From contig NW_024704743.1 of NCBI RefSeq assembly GCF_018977255.1, positions 31,622,001-31,686,000 of the forward strand: DNA of 64,000 nucleotides, written 5' to 3'. The translations under genes were made by a program, and so were the position numbers. Position 1 is the stretch's first letter, and the number at the start of each line of letters is the position of its first letter. This DNA is from Callorhinchus milii (lineage: Eukaryota). The notes beneath the pieces are model-generated. The model was not told the origin of the DNA and ran no database searches. It was given only the letters and a program-made list of their open reading frames with translations. Shown piece after piece: positions 23,250 through 35,015 of this stretch.

Positions 23250-23540
23250 TTAATAATCCTTGCATTGATTTTGCATCTTGAAACTTCTCAAAGTGCTTCA
23301 CAGTCTTCACGACAGTGTAGTAACTATATTTGTGGACACACAGGAATGTTCCACAAACAACAACAAGAGGGAATGAACAATTTTATTTGGAAGACTATTG
23401 GCCAGGACACTGAGAGAAACTTCTCTTTTCGAATAGTGCCATGGGATCTTTAACGTCCACTGAATAGTTAGACGGGGCCTCGGTTTAACATCTCGTTGGA
23501 AGGACGACACCTCTGACAATGCAATGCTTCCCCACTGTCC
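23250..23540 (-). mobile_element. Old Deu-domain SINE, internally deleted
   Basis: GAATAGTGCCATGGGATCTTTAACGTCCAC...AGACGGGGCCTCGGTTTAACATCTC. Confidence 0.8.
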
Positions 23541-24306
23541 ATTGCTCCCCACTGCCATATTCAGTTGTTGGGCAGCAATCATGTGCATCTTCAAAAAAAA
23601 GAGACTGGACACATAGTTAAGAGCGAATTAAATTGAGGGATACAGGGCAAAAGCCACTATATGGGACTAAGGATAGGATCTGGGATAGACACTTGCATGG
23701 AGTATATATACCAGCTAGACTGGATGGGCTGAATGGCCTGTTTCTGAGCTGTACCATCTATGAATGTGTTCCCCATTACTCAGCTGCTAAGGTTATCTAA
23801 CATCAAGGCATGTCGACCAGCACAAACTGAGGTCCTTCTTTAGGTCGTATTAGCAGATCTCTAACAGTATACAGGAACAGAATCTGTGCCCTGTGAAAGG
23901 TGGGGATATCAATTAGGATTCTTGTGCTTGATTGCTGTCCAGCACCTCTCACCCTGAGTACCATCACTTATTTGATGGAAGGTGCACACATAGATACACT
24001 AAGTAAGGAAACGGCTGGACTCTACTATAATGTGCCCATAGTTAAATAGCCCGCTAACATTCACTGACCAGGTTCACGCATGGAAAGCCATCTAAGGGAT
24101 CCCAGTACTGTGGATAGTAGTACACTATGAGTGAATGCTTTTAGGGCAGGAATGGGAGAAAATTCGGGATGGGAGGAAAGAAAGATTATTTTTTTGTTAA
24201 GGTATCAGATATAAGAGAGAGGTCTCTGAAGCCGAGATAGACTATAACATACTATTTGTCATTTCTGAACAGCAGAATGCTTTTAAAACATTCAGTCTGT
24301 ACATTT

Positions 24307-24627
24307 GTGGAGTCCTGTAGCTCAGTGGTTAGAGCACTCGCTTTGCAAGCGAGAGACCTGAGTTCAATTTCAGGCAGGGCGAAACCTTGGGCAAGTTTCC
24401 TTACTCCACACGCCTAATAATAATCCCTCCAAAACCAAAAACAATAATAAATTGGTCATTTTCAATCTACGACTGTTTGTGGAACATTGCTGTGCGCAAT
24501 TGGCTGCCGCGTTCTCCCACAAATATACAGTCAATTCACTTTACAGTGTGTTCTGTGAAGCGCTTTGGGACGTCCTCCCAATGTGAAATGCGCTATATCA
24601 AATGCAAGGATTATTATTATTATTATT
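24307..24627 (+). mobile_element. SINE, short/young subfamily (TGC anticodon), full length
   Basis: GTGGAGTCCTGTAGCTCAGTGGTTAGAGCACTCGCTTTGCAAGCGAG...GGGACGTCCTCCC...(TTA)n. Confidence 0.95.
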
Positions 24628-24839
24628 AATATTATTATTAACAGTCATTGCTACTTTCTAAGTGGGGAACTATATCAATAAGCCTTCACTGCTTCCTTTG
24701 CCCTGTAAAATTCAAAATAACTGGTTTCTTTCATAGAGCTGTTGGTAAACATTTGCGATTTTGTTTTACAAGCTGGTACTTTTTCAATTTGGTCTGTTGG
24801 CACTTGTTTATATTGTGCAAACAGGTTTCCTCATCAACT

Positions 24840-25262
24840 GTAGTGTACCGGTTAGAGCACTCACCTCGCTAGCGAGAGGACCTGGGTTTGATTCCCGGGC
24901 AGGGCGAAACGCTAGCCAAGTTTCATTACACCATTGCATCCATTACGACGTGAAAGGCGCTCTATAAATGGAATCTTGTTGTTGTTGTTGTTGTTGTTAC
25001 ACCTCTACCTAGCAGTAAGCAGTGAGTCGATTGTCAATCGAATGATGGCTGGATTTTCTGGGATAATAACCCTTTTAAAAAAAAAATAAGTTGGTTACTT
25101 AATCCACGACTGTTTGTGGGACACGGTCTGTGTGCAATTGGCCGCTGCATTTGGCCCACAAAATGTACAGTCAGTTCACTTTACAGTATATTCTGTGAAG
25201 TGCTTAGAGTCTCAAAGACGTGATAAGGCACTATATCAAACGCAAGGATTATTACTATTATC
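24840..25262 (+). mobile_element. SINE, long subfamily, containing a ~65-bp L2 tail insertion (24933-24996)
   Basis: GACGTGAAAGGCGCTCTATAAATGG...(TTG)n inside the SINE, flanked by TTACACC at 24926 and 24997. Confidence 0.85.
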
Positions 25263-26619
25263 TTCACCTCAGGGTCCTCAGTCTTAGGAAACTAAAACAC
25301 AAATTAGGTGCAGATATGATTCAATTTCCACAATCCAGACTCTGTCTGTTTAAGTTGGAATTGGGGTCCGACTCTTTGATTGTTCCCCCGTTTATTCTGA
25401 GATCCCCTCAATCAGTTAGTGCACATTACAAGTCTGGAGAGGTTTATTTTTCGCTCCTGTTTCAGTCGGTAGTTCCAAATACATGGACAACAGAAACCTT
25501 TTCCCTTTGTTTTCAAAAACCCTTCTGCAAGTGCCCTAAAAGTTTTGTTCTTTGTTTTCAACCTCATCAACTGCGGTTCTTTTGGCTTCAATTTTTTTCT
25601 GATTAATCATTTTATTTCTTACACAAAATGCTCACATAATTATTACAATGTTGTCAGTGGTCCCTGTAGTACTGTAATTGGTGTTTTAAACCTAATTGGG
25701 TAGAAATGTTCCAGTGGATGACCTTTTGACCCGGTACAGTCATTCTCTTTTTTTATAAAAAAACATTCTTTTGAATTGTACTTTCGAGACAGGGAAAGAG
25801 TTTCAAAAGATCAACCTTTAATATTCTGGTTTACATCGTTAATTCATTCATGTCTGACACAGCATTGTCCTTTTTATTATATAAAGCTTTGCATGTTTTT
25901 TTGGCTGACTGGCTCGTGCTGGCTTCACAGCTGGTCTGACTCAGAAGCAGCTTTGGGAAGAAAACGATATTAAAAGTAGCTGCACATTACCCGGTCAGAT
26001 GTCATTCTGTTCTGGCCCATGTAGCTTCCATATAAAGAGTTTTATAAAGTATTTCTCACTAAAACCAGTAACCGAGGAGGCAAGGACGCACATACGTCAT
26101 GTTACCATAGAAAGTTTACAGCACATAAGGTGGCCGTTCGGCTTATCGTGCCTGTTCTGAAGCTAGCTCCCCCACTGGAGATCTCTAATCCCATTTGCCT
26201 TTCCCCATAACTTTGATATTATTTTTCCCAAAGCATTTAATTCCCTTTTAAATGCTGTTATGAATTTGGAATCAACTGCTGTAGTGAGGCATTTTAGCAA
26301 CCCTCCTGTGTAAGAACATTTCTGACCGTTTTCCTTCTGGTCATAATTCTCCATTTATTACTGATTACTGTGTTACTGATCTGCTGATCAGTGCGTCTTT
26401 TTAGCAAGTTTGCTTTGTACTTTAGTTCCAACGGTTTAAAACTATTGAGCTACAATGTTTCAATTTCTAATTTTTAATTGGATATTGTGACAGTTGTCAG
26501 TGGCAAACAATTTCATTTCTTTTAAAAATAATCCTTGCATTTGATTTAGCGCCTTATCACGTCTTCGAGACGGCTCAAAGCGCTTCACAGAATATAGGGT
26601 AAAGTGAATTGACTGTTTT

Positions 26620-27420
26620 TAGTCTTTAGAGGGTGATGCTCTGATTGTCAGCAAAGTTATGGACACGAGTGAGCGATCGCAGATTTCCATATGGAAACAT
26701 GTGGAGAATAAGGTGCCAAGGTCAGTAAGTTTACTGACAATCGAGAGAATTGCTCCAGTTTGACTGGTGTGAGAATCACTCTTAAGCTCGGGGAAAACGT
26801 GGCTCTTTTGAACCACAATTCAGTGTTGAGACTTAGAGAGAGAAATTAAAGCTCATTCCTTTGGGGCGAGTCTGGAATGTTGCGAGAAACTGGGGGAGGG
26901 AAGGGACTGGAATCAATAACATTCAGTGCAGTAAGATGACAACTGAAAGCAAGAAGCAGTGAAACGTATCCGTACAGATGTTCCGCAGAAGATGACTCTA
27001 GTATGTAGTGATGTATCCAGTGCCATCCCCGAGGAGAGAGCAGTTTGCAGCCCATTCAGGGCATGCTCACATCGTCCTCAGAACATGTTCCCACTGATAC
27101 ATTAAAGGAATTAATTGCTCATAATGATCTCGCCATCTGTTAGCAGAGGTTCATACCTACAGGCTGGTGGCATGTGGTGGCCCTATTCAGGAATCAATAG
27201 GCAGTGCTGGGGAAATGGTTTCCCACATTGCTCGGAGAATGCACTCTGAAAGGGGAGGAGTGCTAAAGGCTGGCCATCTGCTCCCTGTCTTTCTGTGGGA
27301 GACTCTCGATACAATCTCGTGCAGCTCTGATCTGACTCCAATCTGCTTGGAATGTGGTTGATCTGAGTGCCTCACAGAGCTGTGAAAGTGAGTCAAAGGA
27401 CTCGCTCCCCCATTGTCCAC
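26620..27420 (+). mobile_element. Degenerate retroelement coding remnant (possibly L1/Tx1-like)
   Basis: GC-richer coding-like block with broken frames (WKHVENKV, VFLWE, CLECG); family assignment is weak. Confidence 0.3.
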
Positions 27421-29184
27421 TATTAGTGAAAAGGAAAATGATCACTTTAAAATTCATAACTCACAGGTGCCTGCCATCCATTCATGGGAAAGAACTGTCT
27501 TGAACTTTCAGTTAAAAGAAGGAGTTGTGAACGAAAAGGATGGGGAGTGGGGAAGAAAGGTTAGAAGGGAATAGTGGTGGGAATTTTTTTTTTCCGAGGA
27601 TAGGGATTTTGGAATTTTCAGTGTATTGAAAAATAGTCATTGACATTGTCAATGCCTTGTCTTTCTGCTGCTTCCACTTGATCACTTGAATTCTTTCACG
27701 CCGACAATCTCACATCATTTGCCACTCTCTCCGTTGCCAAGTTTCGCGCACATTATTCATTCCCCTCTTGTGTTTTTTTTNCTCTTTCTCTCAGTCTATG
27801 AGATTCCACTTAGGTTTAAACAGTTTATGTCCCAGGGTGTATTGGAGAGCTTATAGATCAATCTTCTTTCCAGCGAATCTTTCAGTCAGAGTGCGGCATC
27901 ACGGTGACTGTGATCACAGGATTTTATTCTCATCATTGTAGATGCCCTTCACTGTGTTCACACTAATTGTAGCATTTTACTGAAAGTCCCCACTGATCCT
28001 TGAGTTCAGATATTATCGCAGTGAGTGATATGATCACAAATGAGCAACTAACTAGTCATTGGAATCTGCTTTGACCTCGATGCTGCCAAAAGTAACAAAG
28101 ACCTAAATGGAGTAAAACTGTCCTCTCAAGATCTTATTAACAATCTTTTTTAAATAGGATTTAGCCTGGTGTATGTATCTGAGCCTCTCTGCTTGGCAAA
28201 TTCTGGTCTGTGGTGTGTACTGTGGTGGCTGGTAAACTTTATGACAGGTGAGGCAATCTATGAGTTTGCCCAACCAGGGTATCGTGTAGCCATGGCAATG
28301 GGCCCTTTGTGCATGCACAATGTCTTGGCCTCTCTCCCACTGGCTTTTACTTCTTCCCTGGTCCTGCTGACCCGCTGGACTTGCTCCTGAGCCGGTTTCA
28401 CCCAATTTGCTAAGCTCTCGCTCACTGGTCTCACAGTGCTCGCTGCGAGATATGGAAATTTCAGCTGCTCCACTTGCCTCAACTGCTGAGCTGCCATTGC
28501 AAACGCTATGTGTGCTTTGCCCTCTCTGCTCAGCAAACTCTGGCTTGGTTTGTATACCTCACCTGCCCCTCCACACCATTGGCAGCCAAGCATATCTCCA
28601 GTGTCCCTCTACCCTATGGAACTCTCCCTAAATCTCTCTGCCTCACTATAAGCCGCTTTATAACTATCTCTATGGCCTTGCAGTAGAACCATAGGATCAT
28701 AGGAATTTACTCACAAAAGAAAGCCATTCGTCTCTTACTACCATTACTTACCTACCATTTCCCCATATCCTTTTAGATTTTTATCTAGTTCACTTTTGAA
28801 AGCCAATATATTCTGCCTCAACTACTGCTCCCAGAAGGGCATTCTATATCCTAAGTACTCAGTGCACGATAAAACATCTCCTCCCCTCCCCATTTACCCA
28901 TTTGCTAATTATTTTAAATTGATGTCTTCTAGTCACTGAGTCACCGAACGGTAGTTATGTTGCCCTTATCACTAACCTGACGGAGATCAGATTACTCAAT
29001 ATAGACTATCTCTATCTCTTTGACCGTGCCGGTTACAGTGATTGCTGTCTTCCTCATGCATGGTTTAGTTCCAAACTGGACACTGCTTTTATTAACTGAA
29101 TAATAAAGGTTGCCTTGATGTTGCTGATCATAAATAACGAGAACAAGCAGATATTAGATTAGGGGTCTGATTTATTAATACTAC

Positions 29185-29445
29185 TACTAATAATAATCCT
29201 TTCATTTTGTATAACGCTTTTCACGTCAGGAGGATGTTCCAAAGTGTTTCACAGGATAATAATAATAATACTTACATTTGATACAATGACTTATCACGTC
29301 GTTGAGACATCTCAAAACGCTTCACAGCATACACTGTAAAGTGAATTAACTGTATATTTTGTGAGTGAAATACTATAAGAATGCAGTAACTGTGTGTATT
29401 GTTGGCAAACGCGGCAGCCAATTTGTGCACAGCAATGTCCTACAG
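29185..29445 (-). mobile_element. Stacked SINE 3' tails
   Basis: Two consecutive (TAA)n-led tail units, then GCGGCAGCCAATTTGTGCACAGCAATGTCC. Confidence 0.8.
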
Positions 29446-29994
29446 ATTTGGAGAAAACATTTGCCTTGATGGATTGAGTGCCTGTGTCTGTACTATAGCA
29501 TGCTAAGATTATATGATTCTGTGATTCATACTTTTAAATATGGATGAGATCAAATGGGCTGAAGTGCTTTCTTCATCCAAACTGATCTTGTGATCTTGCA
29601 AGCATAATTTGCCCACTGTGTCTTACTGATGTTAATTATTACTCCAAGCATTGCTTTGACACTGACGGCTGTGTTTTGACTCAGTAGTGCTGCAAAGAGG
29701 ATGAATGGGGTTTGAAGTAGAGGGCGAAGTAGCTTCTATATTTGGATTGATACCATTTCTCTCGTGTGAGGATAGTGTTTGTGAGTTTAATGGGATTGTG
29801 GCACAGAAAACATCAACCAGCACAGCCCTGAATTGTGTTATAAACACTGTTGTTTGTCTGCTCATAGTGCCAACAATGTAAGTAAATTATTCCTAAATTC
29901 AGTCTAACAGGGCTCTTCAGTTTATTCAGTTGTATTTCTCACATTGTATTTCTCACATTCTCACAAACAATGGTTTTCTCTCCTTTCCACACAG

Positions 29995-30126
29995 ACACAC
30001 AATCACCAGACATCTTGAGGAATTTCCAACATTGTCTACAGTGATTACTTTTTTAAAAATAGTCTGGTTTTAAAAGATGGTGCAATGTGTCTTGATTACA
30101 CATCGGTGAGGAAGGAGGACATTTGT
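29995..30126 (+). other. Candidate internal exon (alternative donor after 30105)
   Basis: Acceptor TTTTCTCTCCTTTCCACACAG|; donors TCG|GTGAGG (GT 30106) and TGT|GTAAGT (GT 30127); single-copy sequence. Confidence 0.55.
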
Positions 30127-30359
30127 GTAAGTCAGTGTATTTGGAACTTGGAAGGAACAGGAGAATATATTTCAAATTTTGAACTATAAGCAATCATTTC
30201 TCTCCAGTTTCTTCCTTTCACTGTTCTGTCTTGGAATACCAATCTAGTGAAGGAGGATGGCGGACTGCTTTTGTATGACCACTTTTGCCGAGTCAGCAGT
30301 AAATAACTTGGTGGAGTTATGCCACCCTCTCCTTCTGACTCTATCCCTCCTCCCTACAG

Positions 30360-30532
30360 GGACTTGCCTGGAACCAAATGCACCGCACACATATATCTGT
30401 CAGTAATACATTGAAGAAAATAAGCAGAGGTGTGTGTAAACCTGTGTAAACCTATAATGAGTAACTCTCCCTCACAGACCACCATTGTATATTAAGTATA
30501 TAATGGATTTATTTTATTTACCGCTGTCCAAG
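30360..30532 (+). other. Candidate internal exon (173 nt)
   Basis: Branch TTCTGAC plus TCTATCCCTCCTCCCTACAG| acceptor; strong donor AAG|GTATGT (GT 30533). Confidence 0.65.
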
Positions 30533-30644
30533 GTATGTGCTATGGGCTGTATTAAGTAGGCTGCAGTATAAAAATTGGAAAGATGTTCATTTGTGTTTGC
30601 TTTTGCTTTCTTCATACTCTAGTATTTTGAATCACTTTCAAAAG

Positions 30645-30940
30645 GAAATCTTAGGCAAGTTTCCTTGCTCCATACGCCTCTGTTTACCTAGCAGTAAGTA
30701 GGAATCCGTTTGTTATTTGATTGGCATATCGCTTTTCGGGAGTGATAATCCCTCAAAAAATAATTTGGTCACTCAATCCACAACTGTTTATGGGACACTG
30801 ATGTGTGCAATTGGCTCTCGGGATTCGTTCACAAAATACACAGTCAATCCATTTTACAGTATGTTCTGTGAAACGCCTTGAGATGTCTCAACAATATGAT
30901 AAGGCGCTATATGAAATACAAGGATTATTATCATTATTAT
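30645..30940 (+). mobile_element. SINE, long subfamily, headless
   Basis: GGCAAGTTTCCTTGCTCCATACGCCTCTGTTTACCTAGCAGTAAGTAGG through to the tail. Confidence 0.9.
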
Positions 30941-32716
30941 CCTTGATCCAAACAAGTCTTTAAAAGGTATTAAATGATTTGCCCTCAGAAACAAAATGAA
31001 CTGTAAACCGGGCTTCCACTGATCTAGACTGAGAAGATATTTGAAACTTTAGGATTCCAATATACTTACACTCATTCACAATGTCAATTCAAGGTTGAAA
31101 TGGGTTCAATGTCTTCCGTGCTAGAGCTTATATCTGGCCATTATATCCATCCATTGAATCTTCATGATGTAAATTAAATCAGTTCAGATGGAGTGTGATG
31201 ATATTGACTCTCTATGAACCCTTTCTGGTGAATACTGTAGTCTGGGTCTTCAGCATACGTTCGTGCTGTTTGTAGTGAACACTTCTTTAAAAAAACAAGA
31301 AAATCAGCTGCATAGCTGCTCTACAATGTGACAACTATGCAAAAGGGGAACTGCCACTGAATGTGATATTAGCTCCCTCACGTTGGTGGGTTCAGAGTGA
31401 GTTCCTGATGGTGCCATCAGCACTGATTATTTAAATGTAAATATTAAACAACAGATGCCAGCTGAAAAGAGAATGTTAAATTCTTCCTTCCTTGTAACTA
31501 CTTTTTTTTAACGAGTAGCACCGATGACAAGTCACGCTGAGTCCGTGAACAGCTAAGACCATGTGGAAATGTGAGCCAGTTCCGGGGAGTGTGGGTGCTT
31601 ACAGATAAGCCTGTGCATTATACTAACAATGTCTGTCTGCCATTCAGCGAGGCACTTCAACTCGCCTCTCAGACATAAAACCGAGGTCTTATCTGTTCGT
31701 GTGTCCGTTCAGGTGGCCTTAAAGATTGCAAGGCACTACAATCCTCTAGGTAATTTGGCCATAAATCTCACAGCTAACTGTGGAGCATTGCTGTTTGCAT
31801 ATTGGCAGCCGCATTTGCTTACAAATACACAATCATTACATTTTCCAGAAAACTCAGTGAAGGGATTTAAGTATTTTTACATGATATATTAAATGCAAGG
31901 ATTATTGTTTAATTCACTGTAATTGTATAACATTGTGTTAAAGCCTATCATGAGGCTTTTCTTACCAAAAAACATAATTCATATTACTGTGATCACAGGT
32001 GCTCACAAAAGGAGACTGTTCAGTTTACCATGTCTGTACTGGTGCTAGTTATCCCAGTGGCGCAATCCACTTTAATGTTATTCCTCTGCTCTTTGCCCAC
32101 TCCATTAAATATTATTTATCTTCAATTATTTATCTTCAATTATTTATCCAGTTACCTCGATGTAGATTTCACTTCATCCAGTAGCCCACTCAAATCTTGA
32201 TTTGATTCAACACTTTGTAGAATGAGTTACGTTTAAGTGAAGTGACTGTTGTATGTCGGTAAACCTGATTTTGAAGTTTCCTGTTTTGTTCTTGCAAAGA
32301 ATCAAATAGGCCATTCTATACTTCTTGATCCTCAGCGAGGTTCAATCAAAATCAGACTGTTTTTCACGCTATTTCCTAGCAAAAACGGTTGTGCAAGTAG
32401 AATTCATGATAGTTTTTAAAGGAGAATTAGACAGACATCTGAAAAGGAAACATATAAAAGGATATGAGGAAAAGACAGGGTGGTGAGACTAAACAGAGCT
32501 CTTGGAGAGCCAGCACAGGCACAGTGGGCTGGATGGTCTTCTATGTTGAAAAATGCTAAGATTCTTCAATTGATTCCAAGATTCCCAGGTACCATGAATG
32601 TGCAACATCTTACATTGCTCGGTCTTTCCTTCCTCCTACAATAGACAGGTATTAAGACCCAAAGTTGTTGTTTCCTTATCATTATTTCTTGGTTTATTTT
32701 GACCTCTCACCTTTTT

Positions 32717-32930
32717 CAGCCTAGCCTGGCTCAGTTGGTAGCACTCTCGCCTCTGAGTCAGAAGGTTGTTGGTTCGAAACCCGTTTGCGGAACATTGCTG
32801 TGTGCAAATTGGCTGCCGTGTTTGCCTACAAATAAATAGTCCTACACTTTACAAGAAAAAACTCTGTCAAGTACTTTGAGACTTCTTGACAATGTGATAA
32901 GGCACTATATCAAATACAAGGTTTATTATA
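32717..32930 (+). mobile_element. Old Deu-SINE head joined directly to its 3' part
   Basis: GGCTCAGTTGGTAGCACTCTCGCCTCTGAGTCAGAAGGTTGTTGGTTCGAAACCC, then TTGCTGTGTGCAAATTGGCTGCC. Confidence 0.75.
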
Positions 32931-34698
32931 GTAAGAGACCTGCACAAAGGCCCTTAGCCTTGCACTTGGATACTAACATTAAGATTAAGTCAAAGGGTTT
33001 AATTTTGTGCAATGTACAATAATTACACATTTTAGTTTCATCTGATTGGGGAAAAAAACAGATGAGGATTATACTTGGGTGAGAAGTATTTATGTTAAAT
33101 TGCAAATGTTTAACCCTGAAAGCCTTTTGAGGAAATGGACATTTGAATGGAAGCAAAATGACACTTTCCAGCCAAGACGATAACTTTTTTGAAGAATCAT
33201 TTGTTAGTGATGGTTGACTGGAAGTTTGAATAGACTTTTAAAAAAAGAACATTTTAGAAGCAGTACAAGCAGATTGGCATCAGCCCATATATATCCTTAT
33301 TCACAGATCCTGGGAAAATCCACCAGGTGTTCAGCTCAGCTGGAAGTGAGCCATTATTTTTTTTAAAAGTGCTTTCTGCAGAGAGAACGTACTTTGTGAC
33401 TTGAACTTCATGTGAGGCAGAGACTAATGACTCTATTAACATCTCAATTCTGGGAAATGTGAACACCAAACCTGCATCAACCTTCAAAGGCAAGGAGCAT
33501 TTAAAAAATTTAACATTTTTCTTTTTAAAAAGGATTAAAATAGAACAGAACTATTCCTCTCCCCAGAGCAGTGAGAAGCTATCTTTACCATTAAATTCCC
33601 ATGAGAGACTTGTACACTATTTGCATAGGATACACAGTAAAAAGGTTTTTAACTGGAAGCTGTAGGATTAATTCCACAAAATCCAGAGGTCCTGTAAGAG
33701 TTTTGAATAAAATAATATAATCCTTGCATTTGTGTTATTCGTTGAAATTTATTCAAATAGCGATGAGAATTTTTTCTGATGTCCTGGCATACAATCTTCC
33801 AAATAAAATTAGTAATTCACTTCATGACTCTTTTTGGGACATTGCTCGGGGAAAATTGTCTTCTATTTTCACCTACAATTCAGTGCACTTAACAGTAAAT
33901 TCTGTTAAGTGATTTGAGACGTTCTCTCAATGTGAAAGGTGCTACATCAAATGCAAAGATTATTATTGTTATTATTTATATTTTGGTATGGTTTTGGTTT
34001 TACGTAGTATGCAATTTAAATTTCCTGCAATGAGATTAAACCTTTAAGAACTATAAAGCCTTAAAATAGCTTTAGGAAACTTTTGGAAGTATAAAAGCTA
34101 GCAGTATCTTGTTGCTATTCATCAATTACAAAGTGGATTTGTGATTTCTGCCCCACCCATAGTTACTTACAATATAGTCATTTCTACACTGTAGACACCA
34201 CCACAGTGCCATTTTAAAGTAACTCGGGGCAGAAAGAGTTAATAATGAAAACTTGTAGAAATATTAGTTCAGTAAAAAAAATGCTATAAATGCTGGCACA
34301 TCTACGGATTTGTATGCAGCAACATTTTTTCAGCGAATCATGTTATATGATAGCTGCATGAATATTTTTGGAGAAGCTGGAAGATGGGGAAGTGTCTCCC
34401 ATACAGGCCTTTAACAAGTCACTGTCAGTACTTTTGGCTCCACAAAATTAGTAAAGTGCATGAAACAATAAGAGGGCATCCGGGATTGACATGATAACTT
34501 CCATACGTGTTGCATTCGTCAATTTAAAGAAATTGCGGTACATTTCAGAACGATGTAAGACATATGGGTTTATTTTACTTATTCGGTTCATATATGTGCC
34601 ATAAAATACAATGCAAAATTTCATTTATATAACACCAAGTGGACTTGTCTATTATAAATAAATTATGAATAAATTCTTATTTATTCAGTCCTGTAGAA

Positions 34699-35015
34699 GT
34701 GGAGTCCTGTAGCTCAGTGGTTAGAGCACTCGCCTCGCAAGCGAGAGATCTGGGTTCGATTCCCGGCAGTGCAAAACCTTGGGCAAGTTTCCTTACTCCA
34801 CACGCCTGATAATAATCCCTCAAGAAAAGAAAACAATAATAAATTGGTCACTTCAATCTCCGACTGTTTGTGGGACACTGCTGTGCGTAATTGGCTGCCA
34901 GTTTTGACCCACAAATATACAGTTATTGCATTTTACAGTACATTCTGTGAAGCGCTTTGAGTCATCTAGACGACGTGAAAAGCGCCACATCAAATGCAAG
35001 CATTATTATTATATT
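34699..35015 (+). mobile_element. SINE, short subfamily (CGC head), full length
   Basis: Complete match to the family. Confidence 0.93.

Noticed and set aside
24307..24385. tRNA-Ala genes (TGC/CGC anticodons, near-complete cloverleaf) here and at other SINE heads
   Set aside because: Each runs straight into the SINE body and tail; these are SINE heads, not tRNA genes.
24387..24629. Repeated small 'protein family' MGKFPYST... (also 5154, 14457, 38568)
   Set aside because: Incidental translation of the SINE consensus from a TTG start.
27781..27781. Single N base after a T run
   Set aside because: Assembly ambiguity or tiny gap marker, not a biological feature; continuity across it is unverified.
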